Position numbers and translations under genes: made by a program | Notes under the pieces: generated by a model | The model's database searches: none | Seen by the model: only the letters and a program-made list of their open reading frames with translations | Told to the model about the DNA's origin: nothing | Virus record (IMG/VR): IMGVR_UViG_2839026242_000001 | Location: 72,135 to 136,134 of that record | Source of the DNA: a virus | Lineage: Duplodnaviria; Caudoviricetes | Reading direction: 5' to 3' (one strand) | DNA: 64,000 nt | Shown: in pieces, positions 1 to 9,428 of the stretch | Layout: every line of letters begins with the position of its first letter | How positions within the stretch are numbered: the first letter of the stretch is position 1

Positions 1-221
1 ATATACATGTCATTCAGCATATACTGTGCCGCCATGAGAGAGCTTGTCTGATCCTCAGTATCAATGTTATGAGCTACAACTGTTACTTTTATCGTCCCGT
101 TTGCAGTGGTTTTTGCATTGACATCAAACTTTCTACCCGTCCTTTTCTCGTGCATCTTTTTAGTTGCTAATTCAATCATTTGTATAGACTTGGCGAGTTG
201 TTTATTTAAGTTGTTACTCAT
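1..221 (-). CDS. Hypothetical protein directly downstream of aimP (position of aimX or the first lysis-lysogeny operon gene); runs off the window edge
   Basis: Manual translation MSNNLNKQLAKSIQMIELATKKMHEKRTGRKF... is open to position 1. AGGGGTG RBS and an extended -10 (TGgTAATAT, 258-266) lie upstream. Confidence 0.65.
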   Translation of the reverse strand, partial: MSNNLNKQLAKSIQMIELATKKMHEKRTGRKFDVNAKTTANGTIKVTVVAHNIDTEDQTSSLMAAQYMLNDMY

Positions 222-269
222 ATTAAAACACCCCTTGTCATTTATCTTTACATCTTTATATTACCATGT

Positions 270-307
270 GTTTACATAGAAATTACCATTCATTTTTTCA
301 TGTAAAC
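270..307. promoter_or_regulatory. Putative AimR operator (long-spacer inverted repeat)
   Basis: GTTTACAT-N22-ATGTAAAC lies just upstream of the -10 element. The geometry resembles the long-spacer palindrome bound by SPbeta AimR. Confidence 0.55.
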
Positions 308-330
308 TCCTCGACAATAATCGACATATG

Positions 331-372
331 AAAATAAAAAAAGAAGAGCAGAGAATTTCTCCACTCTTCTTT
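331..372 (-). terminator. Intrinsic terminator after aimP
   Basis: AAGAAGAG...CTCTTCTT stem (341-371) followed by a T-run on the minus strand. Confidence 0.75.
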
Positions 373-378
373 CGGTTA

Positions 379-492
379 TTAGCCTCTTTCACCATCATCT
401 GCAAGTTGTACAGATGGGGATACTGCGGTGTATGTAGCTACACCTAGCGTCAATACTGCGATAGCGAATGCAATAACTGCGACCTTCTTCAT
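379..492 (-). CDS. aimP: Arbitrium-like signalling pre-peptide (37 aa)
   Basis: MKKVAVIAFAIAVLTLGVATYTAVSPSVQLADDGERG*: basic N-terminus, hydrophobic signal sequence and an RG-containing C-terminus. Strong AAGGAGGTGA RBS; directly downstream of the HTH-TPR gene. Confidence 0.8.
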   Translation of the reverse strand: MKKVAVIAFAIAVLTLGVATYTAVSPSVQLADDGERG

Positions 493-572
493 TTATTTCA
501 CCTCCTTTCAAGAAGGTCGCACTAACAATCTTTAACTAGTATTAAATCCTTTCATGACACCATACCCCTTTC

Positions 573-1910
573 TCATAGACTGTCCTGAATAATTTTATTA
601 AATTTATTTAATTGCTCGATTGTAGCTTTGTTTGAGTTATTAGTAAAGATCAACCAGCATTTTTTAATCCGAGTTTCATTATTAAACAAATTAGCCATTT
701 CAAGTGCTTTCAATATATATTCAATTCCTATGTGATCTTGTCCTTTTTCAAGATGATACACTCCGAGATATTGATATGCTTTTAATTTATGTTTTAATCC
801 AACCGCTGAATTATCATTTTCCAATTGTTCCAAAACAGTACCGTTTTCTTCTAAAAACTTAGTTATCTGGTTGTGTTCGTTATGTTTAATCGCTGCTTCA
901 AGTAACACAGGGAATATTACATTCATTTTTTTAGAGTTTGTTGATGTCTTGAGATATTGTTCTAAGTGATTCCATTTCCCACTAAGAAGTTCAACTAAAT
1001 GCATATTGCCTATGGCATACTTAGCGTAATTGGAATCTATAGAAGCATACTGATTAATTATCTTCTTTGATAGTTCAAATTCTCCCATTCCTTTATATGC
1101 AAACCCCTTATACAATAGAGCTTCACAGTGGTAATAATTTAATTTAGAATAGTCTAATTTGTCTTGTCTTAAATTATTCATACGCCCGTTGACAATTTGT
1201 ACAAGTTTATCTGCATATTTCAATGTTCCATGATAGTCCTCAATCAAGTTTAGAAAAACAATTACTTCAAGATATGCATCAAGTATATATCTTTCTGGCA
1301 TTAATTCAAGATAGTCTATCAGTTGAGATAATGCTTTTTTACAGTCTTTGATTCCTTCATTATGAGTGAGCATAATACTTCTTCTAATCATAAATGTTCT
1401 ATAGTAACTCAATGAAAGGCGCTCATCTAACCTGTTATCGATTTTCGAAGTAATGAGCGAGTACAGTGGCAATATCTGCTTCAGATCGTTATTTTTATAT
1501 TTATCTTCTGCAATCTCAAATATGATTCCAATATAGTTTTTGTTTGTCTCTAAGATCTTCCCTGTTATTTCATTTATCAATGATTCATTATTTTCAATAC
1601 TCAAAGATTCACGTAATAACTTTTCGCACTTAATCAAACTCATTTTTCCTTGCTTATTGATACATTCACTTAAAGATTCCTTCTGAAGTTCTCCTTTATT
1701 AAGTCCTAAAACTTCTTCTAGTTTAGAGAGTTGCTCAATTGAAAAATTTCGACTACCTCTCATTATTTGGCTCATCGCTGTCTTATGTATCCCAGATGCC
1801 AATGCTAATTCGTTTTGCTTCATTCCTCTTGCACGTAAATAATATTGTATTTTATCTCTTAATGAAGCCTTTTCTAAATCAAAGTCATGTGGGATCATAA
1901 GACGTAGCAT
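573..1910 (-). CDS. aimR: AimR-like RRNPP peptide receptor (N-terminal XRE HTH plus TPR-like helical domain)
   Basis: HTH motif MKQNELALASGIHKTAMSQIMRG followed by a helical TPR-like body, then a secreted-peptide gene, in an SPbeta-like context. Start placed at ATG 1910 using the RBS at 1919-1926. Confidence 0.8.
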   Translation of the reverse strand: MLRLMIPHDFDLEKASLRDKIQYYLRARGMKQNELALASGIHKTAMSQIMRGSRNFSIEQLSKLEEVLGLNKGELQKESLSECINKQGKMSLIKCEKLLRESLSIENNESLINEITGKILETNKNYIGIIFEIAEDKYKNNDLKQILPLYSLITSKIDNRLDERLSLSYYRTFMIRRSIMLTHNEGIKDCKKALSQLIDYLELMPERYILDAYLEVIVFLNLIEDYHGTLKYADKLVQIVNGRMNNLRQDKLDYSKLNYYHCEALLYKGFAYKGMGEFELSKKIINQYASIDSNYAKYAIGNMHLVELLSGKWNHLEQYLKTSTNSKKMNVIFPVLLEAAIKHNEHNQITKFLEENGTVLEQLENDNSAVGLKHKLKAYQYLGVYHLEKGQDHIGIEYILKALEMANLFNNETRIKKCWLIFTNNSNKATIEQLNKFNKIIQDSL

Positions 1911-2017
1911 TTTTATTCCTCCCCTCAAATTTCCTTTTCTTGCTACATCTTTATAATAACACGGTTAACTAGATAATACAACATATTTTTAGTTATTATT
2001 TTCGTTCAAATTTCGTT

Positions 2018-2164
2018 TTATTCCAATTTCATATCTTTAAAAGTCTCATCAAATATTTCAATACATTGAGAACATGCCCATTTGCTCATTATGTAACTAT
2101 ACATCACCTCCAAATTATCTTTCTCGCAATCCTCGCAACGTCCATTTTTCCATCCATCAGTCAT
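2018..2164 (-). CDS. Small Cys-rich hypothetical protein (48 aa, two CxxC)
   Basis: Manual translation MTDGWKNGRCEDCEKD...WACSQC...; AAGGAGG RBS; stop codon lies inside the junction palindrome. Confidence 0.7.
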   Translation of the reverse strand: MTDGWKNGRCEDCEKDNLEVMYSYIMSKWACSQCIEIFDETFKDMKLE

Positions 2165-2196
2165 GAAGTTATCCTCCTTGTGAAATTTTCAATTTA

Positions 2197-2379
2197 TTAA
2201 TAGCATAGTCTACCAACTTCACATTCTCTAGTATCATATACTCCCTTAATGGAGCGTATTTCATAAAGTTCTTTATCGGTTGTCAATATGACAAAACTCA
2301 TTTTAATTTTTGGATAGTATACCTCACCAATCTCGTTAAGCCTCTCTGGTTCATGCGTGTAAACATAGTATTGTTTCAT
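2197..2379 (-). CDS. Hypothetical protein
   Basis: ORF track, GAGGAG RBS, bounded by palindromes. Confidence 0.7.
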   Translation of the reverse strand: MKQYYVYTHEPERLNEIGEVYYPKIKMSFVILTTDKELYEIRSIKGVYDTRECEVGRLCY

Positions 2380-2417
2380 TCATCATTCTCCTCATTTCGC
2401 ATGAAATGTTCATTTCA

Positions 2418-2645
2418 TTAGATTCTTTCATCACACAACTCGATTTTTCCATTGTCATTAATCACATAGTCCCACTCTGTCCCACACTCCAGACATTGTA
2501 TCCATTCAGGGACAGCATACGTAACATCCGCAACAAATCGTTTCCTTTTGCTCAATTTGCCGCTTTTCAAAACCTTTTGTTCATATTCAAATTGAGGCTG
2601 CCAACGTCTAACCATTTCCTCTTTTCCACAATTAGGACATTTCAA
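2418..2645 (-). CDS. Zinc-ribbon hypothetical protein
   Basis: CPNC and CLEC pairs; AAGGAGG RBS. Confidence 0.7.
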   Translation of the reverse strand: MKCPNCGKEEMVRRWQPQFEYEQKVLKSGKLSKRKRFVADVTYAVPEWIQCLECGTEWDYVINDNGKIELCDERI

Positions 2646-2678
2646 TTACATGTACCTCCTTTCAATAAAACTAAACTT

Positions 2679-3047
2679 TCATCTAGACTTCAATCTGAAT
2701 TTTATTCCCCTAAAGATATACTGGCCGTCATCATCCAATTCTTGAATAAAAAATTCAATTTTTTCAACGTCCTCTTTGCTGTATTTTGGCTTTTGGTTAA
2801 AATGGTATCCTACAGTATCCGTATTTTTTGTCTGATTATATACTTCTGTGGTTTTAACTCCAGATGGCTTTAACTTAAGGAATTCAGCAATTTGTTTAAT
2901 AAGTCTACCATTTGGATTATCATTCGTATGATTTAATACTCCGAGCTTAAGTGCGATTTCTTCACAAAAAAGTCCCTCTCCTTCTTCGTTAAATCCAAAT
3001 TCAGTTAACAAGTCTTCGCCGTACCTCTTTACCCGTTTACTCTTCAT
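2679..3047 (-). CDS. Hypothetical protein
   Basis: ORF track, RBS, stop codon inside palindrome arm. Confidence 0.7.
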   Translation of the reverse strand: MKSKRVKRYGEDLLTEFGFNEEGEGLFCEEIALKLGVLNHTNDNPNGRLIKQIAEFLKLKPSGVKTTEVYNQTKNTDTVGYHFNQKPKYSKEDVEKIEFFIQELDDDGQYIFRGIKFRLKSR

Positions 3048-3082
3048 ATCATACTCTCCTTAAAACCAGTCTTTCATTTGGT

Positions 3083-3838
3083 TTACTCTGTTGCCACGTC
3101 CTTTAATTTCTTATCAATAATATCTGGTTCTACATCGAGTTTTTCTAATAACCATGCTATATCATCTCTATCGCCAATGTGTCCTTCTCCCCATCCTCCA
3201 CCAGCGCTAATTTCGATTGCATATACTGCGATTGGTTCAAGTTTATACCCATACCATTCAGACATCTTTTCAGCTACATCAGCAGGATAAATATATTCAT
3301 CTTCTTCCCTTTGATTATGAATTCTAATAAGGGTGTTAGCCAGATCCTTCTTAAAATCTTCTTGATTTTTCCTATGATGTCTTAATCTAATTGTGATTAT
3401 TTCACTCCCAGTTCTTTCAATTAGTTCAAAACATTCATTTTTCTTTCTTTTCCAAGCTTCTTTTGCTGCTAATACTGCCTGTTCATCTCTATTGTACCTT
3501 CTGCCTAATCCAACTCTAATTAACTCTCTTGCAAATCGCTCATCTGAATCTCGCCAAGGTTGCCCTGTTGTATGCAAATACCAATGACATAATTCGTGCA
3601 AGAGAATTCTTTTAATATGTCTCAAAGTATATCTTTCATTATTCTCATTATTGAGTACAACAGTCTTTATATCACTACAATAATATCCCGCATAATTATC
3701 CCAGTCGAGTTTGCATTCAATGGTTAATGGAGATTGTCTAGTTACTAAAAGAATCGTTGGTATTTCATTGATGCTCCAATGTTTTTTAGTCAATTGTTTT
3801 GCTTGTTTTTCAAGCCACTCTATAGTTACTTCTGGCAC
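3083..3838 (-). CDS. SprT-like zinc metalloprotease
   Basis: ILLHELCH (HExxH) followed by the typical D-F segment. GTG start chosen from the AGGAGG RBS. Confidence 0.75.
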   Translation of the reverse strand: MPEVTIEWLEKQAKQLTKKHWSINEIPTILLVTRQSPLTIECKLDWDNYAGYYCSDIKTVVLNNENNERYTLRHIKRILLHELCHWYLHTTGQPWRDSDERFARELIRVGLGRRYNRDEQAVLAAKEAWKRKKNECFELIERTGSEIITIRLRHHRKNQEDFKKDLANTLIRIHNQREEDEYIYPADVAEKMSEWYGYKLEPIAVYAIEISAGGGWGEGHIGDRDDIAWLLEKLDVEPDIIDKKLKDVATE

Positions 3839-4300
3839 TACCCAAATCCTCCTTCCTGATAAAACCAATTTACTTAAGGATTAAACAATCTAAATGAATC
3901 ATCAAAAAGCCTTACCTTTAATGTTGCCGAAACCCCTTTATTCTCCCATTTTGCATCAATGATAGTTCTAATCGGATATACTTCCTGTTCTGATTCAGCA
4001 ATAAATTTTATCCCCACCTTAATGTTTGGGAGCAAATAGATATAAGCCTCACCGTACTTCGTATATCTAACAAAATCCGCAACACCATAATCAACTTGTA
4101 CTTTAGAATAATACTCCCGCTGCCATTCCCTTAATTCAATAATCCACTCTTCTTGTGTTTGTATAGAACCATTTTTCTTCTCAGAATCTTGAACCTCTCA
4201 TGGCTAAAGCCACGAGATTCTTGGGTAGTCCGCTCTACTGAGCAGAATTAGTACATGATGTACCACCAAGCTATCCCCGCAGTTCCTGCGGTTACTGCGA

Positions 4301-5404
4301 TTATGCAGATAGTAGTCTTTTGCCTTCGGCAAGAATATTCAAACTTGCGTTTACATCCCTATCCCATTCACTATAGCAAGAAGGACACTTCCATTGTCGC
4401 AAGTTAAGATCTTTAACCTCTTTGTTTTGGTATCCACAACACGAACAGAGTTGAGAGGAAGCGAACGTTTTGCCTACGACAACGACAGTACGTCCATGCC
4501 ACTTTGCCTTGTATTCAAGCATCGTTCTGAATTGATACCAGGACACTTCGCTAATTGCTTTGGCAAGTTTGTGGTTCTTCATCATGTTAGACACTTGCAA
4601 ATCTTCAATCGCAATGATGTCGTGGTTTTTGACAATATGCGTTGAAATTTTTTGCAAGTAGTCTGTTCGGGCATTTGCAATGCGTTCATGGATTCTGGCA
4701 ACCTTAACTCGTTGTTTATTCCAGTTTGAAGAACCTTTCACACGTCTGGAAAGGATACGTTGTTCACGAATGAGTTTTTGTTCCATATTCCGTAGGAATT
4801 TCGGATTCTCGAACACTTCACCGTTAGATAGAATAGCGAAATCCTTTAACCCAACGTCAATACCGACTTCTTTGTTTGTTTTTGGCAATGGTTGCACGTC
4901 TGTTTCTACTAACAACGAAACAAAGTATTTGCCAGAGGGATTGCGTCTAATCGTAGCATTTAAAATACGACCTTCTACTTCTTTTGATTTCGCAAAACGA
5001 ACAAGTCCAAGTTTAGGGAGTTTAATCTTATCTCCTTCTATCGCAATATTTCCGTTTGTGTGTTTCGTTGTGTACGACTGAACTTTATTCCTTTTTGACT
5101 TGAAACGTGGTGCATCATTCTGCTTCTTGAAGAATCGTGAATATGCGTCTGCGAGGTTCTTTATTGATGATTGAATAGCGATGCTATCTACTTCTTTTAG
5201 CCAAGGTAATTCTTTTTTCAGATTCGGCAGTTCGGAAGAACATACTCCGTATGATAATCCTTTACCTGTTTCTTTGTATGTTTCGTTCCACTTCGCCAAG
5301 AAGTGGTTGAACACAAATCGACTGCAACCAATCGTTTTAACAATTAATACTTCCTGCTCTTTGGTTGGATAGATACGGAATTTGTATGCTTTATTTGCTA
5401 ACAT
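4301..5404 (-). CDS. tnpB: TnpB RNA-guided nuclease
   Basis: N-terminal [10 protein letters not shown]; RuvC residues GIDVG, IEDL, DRDVNA; zinc ribbon CSCCG/CPSC. Confidence 0.95.
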   Translation of the reverse strand: MLANKAYKFRIYPTKEQEVLIVKTIGCSRFVFNHFLAKWNETYKETGKGLSYGVCSSELPNLKKELPWLKEVDSIAIQSSIKNLADAYSRFFKKQNDAPRFKSKRNKVQSYTTKHTNGNIAIEGDKIKLPKLGLVRFAKSKEVEGRILNATIRRNPSGKYFVSLLVETDVQPLPKTNKEVGIDVGLKDFAILSNGEVFENPKFLRNMEQKLIREQRILSRRVKGSSNWNKQRVKVARIHERIANARTDYLQKISTHIVKNHDIIAIEDLQVSNMMKNHKLAKAISEVSWYQFRTMLEYKAKWHGRTVVVVGKTFASSQLCSCCGYQNKEVKDLNLRQWKCPSCYSEWDRDVNASLNILAEGKRLLSA

Positions 5405-5410
5405 TGCTTT

Positions 5411-5821
5411 TCACCTCACTTTCTGATTTTGGATGTATTGTCGTATTTGCGCTTCCGTGTGTTCACTTACGGTTGCCACAAAGTAAGAAGGATTCCAAAG
5501 ATTCCCTCCCCATAGCTTCTTTTTTAGCTGGGGGAACTCTTTAAATAGCAACCTTGCCGAAACACCCTTTAACGCTTTGATGATATTTGGAATTGAATGT
5601 TGCGGATTACAATCAATTAGGAGATGAACATGGTCACAATCACTTTCAATTTCTGAAATCGTGAAACCATTATCTGTAGCAATTTGATTGAGTATTTCCT
5701 TTAGCTTTTTATCTATATCACCAAGCAACACTTTATGGCGATATTTCACACACCATACAATATGGTATTGGATAGAGTACACATATTCTCTACCATGTTT
5801 AACTTCTGCCATGTTATCCAC
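5411..5821 (-). CDS. tnpA: Y1 HUH transposase TnpA
   Basis: YHIVWCVKYR, DHVHLL (HUH), LWNPSYF, YIQNQ. Confidence 0.95.
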   Translation of the reverse strand: MDNMAEVKHGREYVYSIQYHIVWCVKYRHKVLLGDIDKKLKEILNQIATDNGFTISEIESDCDHVHLLIDCNPQHSIPNIIKALKGVSARLLFKEFPQLKKKLWGGNLWNPSYFVATVSEHTEAQIRQYIQNQKVR

Positions 5822-6118
5822 ATCAATTATAGGATAACATATGTAAAATGTTTTTCAATTTATTACCTCTAAATATTAGCGTTTTTGCCAATCACCAAAT
5901 TAACATATGTCGGACAATTGACGTGTCAAAAGACACACCTTGTCCGAAGCCGATTCATCTCATGACTGAAGTCACGAGTGTTCTCGGCTAATTCATAAAT
6001 GGCTTTTAGCAGAGTTTTTTCGGTTGTATCATGTCCTACAATCACAGTAAAACCAGCAGCTTCAAGATTGGCTACAATTGCATCGACATTAAACATAAGC
6101 ATTACCTCTTTTCTGTAT

Positions 6119-6694
6119 TTAACTTAACTTCCAATCAAAGTAATCTCCGGCTCTGAAAAAGTTATTGTGCGTGTCTGCATTAGGGAGTCCATCTGGATGG
6201 GCTGGAGAAACAGGCATTGCCATTCCACATGAATGACACTTTATTTCTGTTGAATTTTCATAAATATAATGATTTGCTCTATAATTACATATTACACAAT
6301 GATACCTGCATCTATAACGTTTTCGCCCATCTGGATCTACCTTAATGCCTGTCCTAATCCATTCGGGTTGATCATCTGTTGTCTGATATACTTCCTTTAA
6401 CTCCTCTGTATTTTGCAATCCTTCGATTAGACTTTGTTTGATTTCTTCACTCTTATGTACAATATCTTCTTTAGTTACATTTTCGATTGGATTTAGTTTC
6501 TCAAAGAAACTGCTACATGCTTTGCCTACCTGTTCAAATGTCTTAACCATCTCAAAAATATCTTTATCTATGCTGAATAAGTTAAATACATTTTGTATGA
6601 TGACAAGTTTGGATAAGTTATCTGCCTCCTTAAGTTCAAGTTCCACCTCTTTGCCTTTATCATCTTTGATATTGATTTTTACTGTTAAAGACAT
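6119..6694 (-). CDS. Hypothetical phage protein with C-terminal zinc ribbon
   Basis: ORF track; CVIC and CHSC motifs. Confidence 0.7.
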   Translation of the reverse strand: MSLTVKINIKDDKGKEVELELKEADNLSKLVIIQNVFNLFSIDKDIFEMVKTFEQVGKACSSFFEKLNPIENVTKEDIVHKSEEIKQSLIEGLQNTEELKEVYQTTDDQPEWIRTGIKVDPDGRKRYRCRYHCVICNYRANHYIYENSTEIKCHSCGMAMPVSPAHPDGLPNADTHNNFFRAGDYFDWKLS

Positions 6695-6755
6695 GCTATC
6701 ACCTCAATGATGATTATAAGGCAAAGGGCAGCCAAAACCAAATACAACTTACATT

Positions 6756-6995
6756 TTATCCTAACTGTAAAATCTTGAACTTAACATCTGTACCCTCTAA
6801 TAATTCACCAACATTGTAATTATGTCGATAATATCCCTTTTCATCTTTGGGATAATTCCAAAAACGTGAAAAATTACTTTTATCTATTGTATGAAATAAT
6901 CTACTATTACTGTCCCATGTTAGCATTACTTCATAGCGTTCCCCAACATTCCAAAATCCATATGCATCTTCAAGGCATTCTATTATAGCCTTCAT
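6756..6995 (-). CDS. Hypothetical protein, paralog of 8499-8738
   Basis: Shared LTWDSNSRL...RFWNYPKD.KGYYRH.Y motif. Confidence 0.8.
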   Translation of the reverse strand: MKAIIECLEDAYGFWNVGERYEVMLTWDSNSRLFHTIDKSNFSRFWNYPKDEKGYYRHNYNVGELLEGTDVKFKILQLG

Positions 6996-7030
6996 TAAAT
7001 TCCCTCCTTTCTAATCAAACCCTCATTTGA

Positions 7031-7249
7031 TTAAAATTGATATTCTTCCCATTCTTCCATATCTACTTGTTCATCACATTTTCCACAATAAATAACATCT
7101 TCATAAAATCCATCTATGTTTTCAGGTTCAATGTCATAAACTATACCATGTCTTGATCCTTCTTTTAAGTCAATTCTTTGTTTTGCTGCAACCGACACCG
7201 TAACATAGAAAAATCTAGACTCTCCACATTTTTTGCAAGTGTATTTCAT
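7031..7249 (-). CDS. Zinc-ribbon hypothetical protein
   Basis: CKKC and CGKC motifs. Confidence 0.7.
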   Translation of the reverse strand: MKYTCKKCGESRFFYVTVSVAAKQRIDLKEGSRHGIVYDIEPENIDGFYEDVIYCGKCDEQVDMEEWEEYQF

Positions 7250-7270
7250 ACTATCTCCAACTTTCCTGAT

Positions 7271-7525
7271 TCATCCACTTACCACGTTCTTATAAGCCTT
7301 TTCGTAGCCCTTAACATCGCCTCTTTTGCTCCATTCATCATAGCAAGCATCAACTTGCCAATGATAATCAGATCTTGGATTGTTAGCGGCATAAGCAGAT
7401 AGCCAGATTTTATCTTCTGTTTCCTTAAGAAGAGATTCGTAATCCATGTTACTTAACTTTTCAAGGTATTCACTTTTTGGTCTACCGTAATTATCTTTAC
7501 CTTCATAATTTCTGAGCATCAACAA
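7271..7525 (-). CDS. Hypothetical protein, paralog of 13057-13305
   Basis: Shared KIWLSA.AANNPRSDYHWQ.DACYDEW motif. Confidence 0.8.
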   Translation of the reverse strand: MLMLRNYEGKDNYGRPKSEYLEKLSNMDYESLLKETEDKIWLSAYAANNPRSDYHWQVDACYDEWSKRGDVKGYEKAYKNVVSG

Positions 7526-7552
7526 ATCCTCCTTTTCCTATCAAATCCACTT

Positions 7553-7915
7553 TTATTGCAAACCATCTAATGACGATGATTGGTCACAAAAATAGGCAGT
7601 TTCAATTAATGTAAATCTAATATAAACATCTGAGCCTCTTGTCCCTTGGTAAGCTCCATTAAAATCGGCATCAACAAATATTTTTCCTGTAATAGAACCT
7701 CCAATAACCTGATTCTCAAAATTCATATAATAATCTTCAGAAATAATCTCTAACTCATCTCCAAAAACTAATTGCAATATAAATTTTAATTCTTTTAAAT
7801 TACGCTTCCCTTTATAATAAACTAACTCCCCTTCATCATTTTCTTTCCATTTCTCTCTATTCCTGAAATACTGGCTTAAATTACGCTTTCTTTGTTCAAA
7901 TTCTTTTGTATTCAA
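7553..7915 (-). CDS. Hypothetical protein
   Basis: ORF track; stop codon in palindrome. Confidence 0.65.
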   Translation of the reverse strand: MNTKEFEQRKRNLSQYFRNREKWKENDEGELVYYKGKRNLKELKFILQLVFGDELEIISEDYYMNFENQVIGGSITGKIFVDADFNGAYQGTRGSDVYIRFTLIETAYFCDQSSSLDGLQ

Positions 7916-8032
7916 TGAACTATAACCCCCTTTTCGTTATTTCTCTAATGCTCCCATTTTATTATATCATCATTATTCCCTATTTTCTTTCTGAAACGCT
8001 CATTTTATCAAACTTTTCCTAACAAACTCATT

Positions 8033-8470
8033 TTATTCACTTAAAATACATTCATGCCATCTAGTTTCAGAATACATACCTACATTAATACATGCTTTAT
8101 CAATTTCTTTAAAATTATTTTGAAACCAATTAAGAAAGGATTTAACCTCTTTTGGATTAGCCACCTTTTTTGCCGATTCTATAGCTAAGAGTTTCATTTT
8201 ATAATAAGAATTTCGATGCTTAAGCTTCTTGGGATCAGTTATAATTCTTTGCTCACTATCCCTGTATTCAAATGCAAATATAGTGTTTGCAACCCATCCA
8301 TGTCTCCCTTGATCAGAATAGTGAAAAAGGTTGCTTTCAAAATGGGTATTAAAATAAGATGCAATCATATTAGATATGGTGTGGCACTTATTATTCATAT
8401 TGGGATCGAAAATTTTAATAATATTAATTAAGCCAATTTCTACTTGTCGTAAAAATTCTAAATCCTTCAT
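8033..8470 (-). CDS. Hypothetical protein
   Basis: ORF track; bounded by palindromes. Confidence 0.65.
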   Translation of the reverse strand: MKDLEFLRQVEIGLINIIKIFDPNMNNKCHTISNMIASYFNTHFESNLFHYSDQGRHGWVANTIFAFEYRDSEQRIITDPKKLKHRNSYYKMKLLAIESAKKVANPKEVKSFLNWFQNNFKEIDKACINVGMYSETRWHECILSE

Positions 8471-8498
8471 ATTTTCACTTCCTCATTAAATTAACATT

Positions 8499-8738
8499 TC
8501 ATCCTAATTGTATAATCTTAAATAATACCCCTGCTCCCTCAATTAATTCTCCAGTCTTATAATCATGTCGATAATAACCCTTTTTATCTTTTGGATAATT
8601 CCAAAAGCGCTCAAATTTGTCCCTATCTGTTGTATGTAATAATCTACTATTGCTGTCCCATGTTAAAATTACTTCGTACTGTTCTCCAACTTTCCAGAGT
8701 TCATATTTAGTTTCAAGACATTCAATTACCGCATTCAT
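8499..8738 (-). CDS. Hypothetical protein, paralog of 6756-6995
   Basis: Sequence similarity to 6756-6995; bounded by palindromes. Confidence 0.8.
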   Translation of the reverse strand: MNAVIECLETKYELWKVGEQYEVILTWDSNSRLLHTTDRDKFERFWNYPKDKKGYYRHDYKTGELIEGAGVLFKIIQLG

Positions 8739-8769
8739 TCATAACCATCCTTCCTATAAAATCCCCATT

Positions 8770-9003
8770 TTATCGAATTATCTCTATATACTTTTCAAAT
8801 GTATCATGGTCTAATTCAAAATAAGGAAACTCTAAATCAAAATTATAAAGTTTAATTGAATAAAAATTCTTGCCTCCACCAAGAGGGAAGACTATTGCCT
8901 CTCCTTCGTATCCAACTTCTGCTCTCAATACTGAATCCTTGCTGGTCAAATTTTTAAGCGAGAATGACTTAATAACTCTTACTTTAACTGTTTGCTTTTC
9001 CAT
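8770..9003 (-). CDS. Hypothetical protein
   Basis: ORF track, RBS, palindrome boundaries. Confidence 0.7.
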   Translation of the reverse strand: MEKQTVKVRVIKSFSLKNLTSKDSVLRAEVGYEGEAIVFPLGGGKNFYSIKLYNFDLEFPYFELDHDTFEKYIEIIR

Positions 9004-9038
9004 GATAAATCACTCCTATATTCTTATGAAATACCATT

Positions 9039-9200
9039 TTAAAAGGATATATATTGTAATTCATCATCAGTAAATCCAGCATATTCTCCATCAATAAATT
9101 CAAGTAGATTTAGCTTAATTCCATCAAGTGTTACTTGACCGTATTTTTTACCCACTTGGTTAAAATAATTTGAGTCTCGGTTAATAACTTTGAATTTCAT
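9039..9200 (-). CDS. Small hypothetical protein (53 aa)
   Basis: Manual translation MKFKVINRDSNYF...; AAGGAG RBS; stop codon in palindrome. Confidence 0.65.
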   Translation of the reverse strand: MKFKVINRDSNYFNQVGKKYGQVTLDGIKLNLLEFIDGEYAGFTDDELQYISF

Positions 9201-9248
9201 ATAACATTCTCCTTTAGCTATGTTTTTTTCGATGAAATGCCAATTTGA

Positions 9249-9392
9249 TTAAATTTCCTTCAATAGATTCTCTATATATTGAATTCGTTCATCAACTAGA
9301 ACTGCAACATAGCCATTCATTGTTTTATACTCTTTTAAACTTTCTAACTCCTTTCTTAAATCCTCTTCAAATAGTTTAACAATTTGATTCAT
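9249..9392 (-). CDS. Small helical hypothetical protein (47 aa)
   Basis: Manual translation MNQIVKLFEEDLRKEL...; GGAGG RBS; palindrome boundaries. Confidence 0.65.
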   Translation of the reverse strand: MNQIVKLFEEDLRKELESLKEYKTMNGYVAVLVDERIQYIENLLKEI

Positions 9393-9428
9393 GCCCACAT
9401 CCCCTCCATTTTCAATCAAAACGATATT

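Larger units (their letters stand above)
4189..5994 (-). mobile_element. IS200/IS605-family element (tnpA + tnpB)
   Basis: Subterminal hairpins CTCGTGACTTCAGTCATGAG (left end) and CTCGTGGCTTTAGCCATGAG (right end). Inserted 3' of TTTAT; right end finishes in TTCAA; no target duplication. Confidence 0.92.
3874..6096 (-). pseudogene. 138-aa hypothetical gene interrupted by an IS200/IS605 element
   Basis: 5995-6096 (34 codons, MFNVDAIV...KAIY) joins in frame to 3874-4188 (DSEKKNG...LFNP*) once 4189-5994 is removed. Confidence 0.8.

Noticed and set aside
4189-5994. IStron (group I intron fused to IS605)
   Set aside because: Only about 170 bp lie between the left end and tnpA, too short for a group I intron core.
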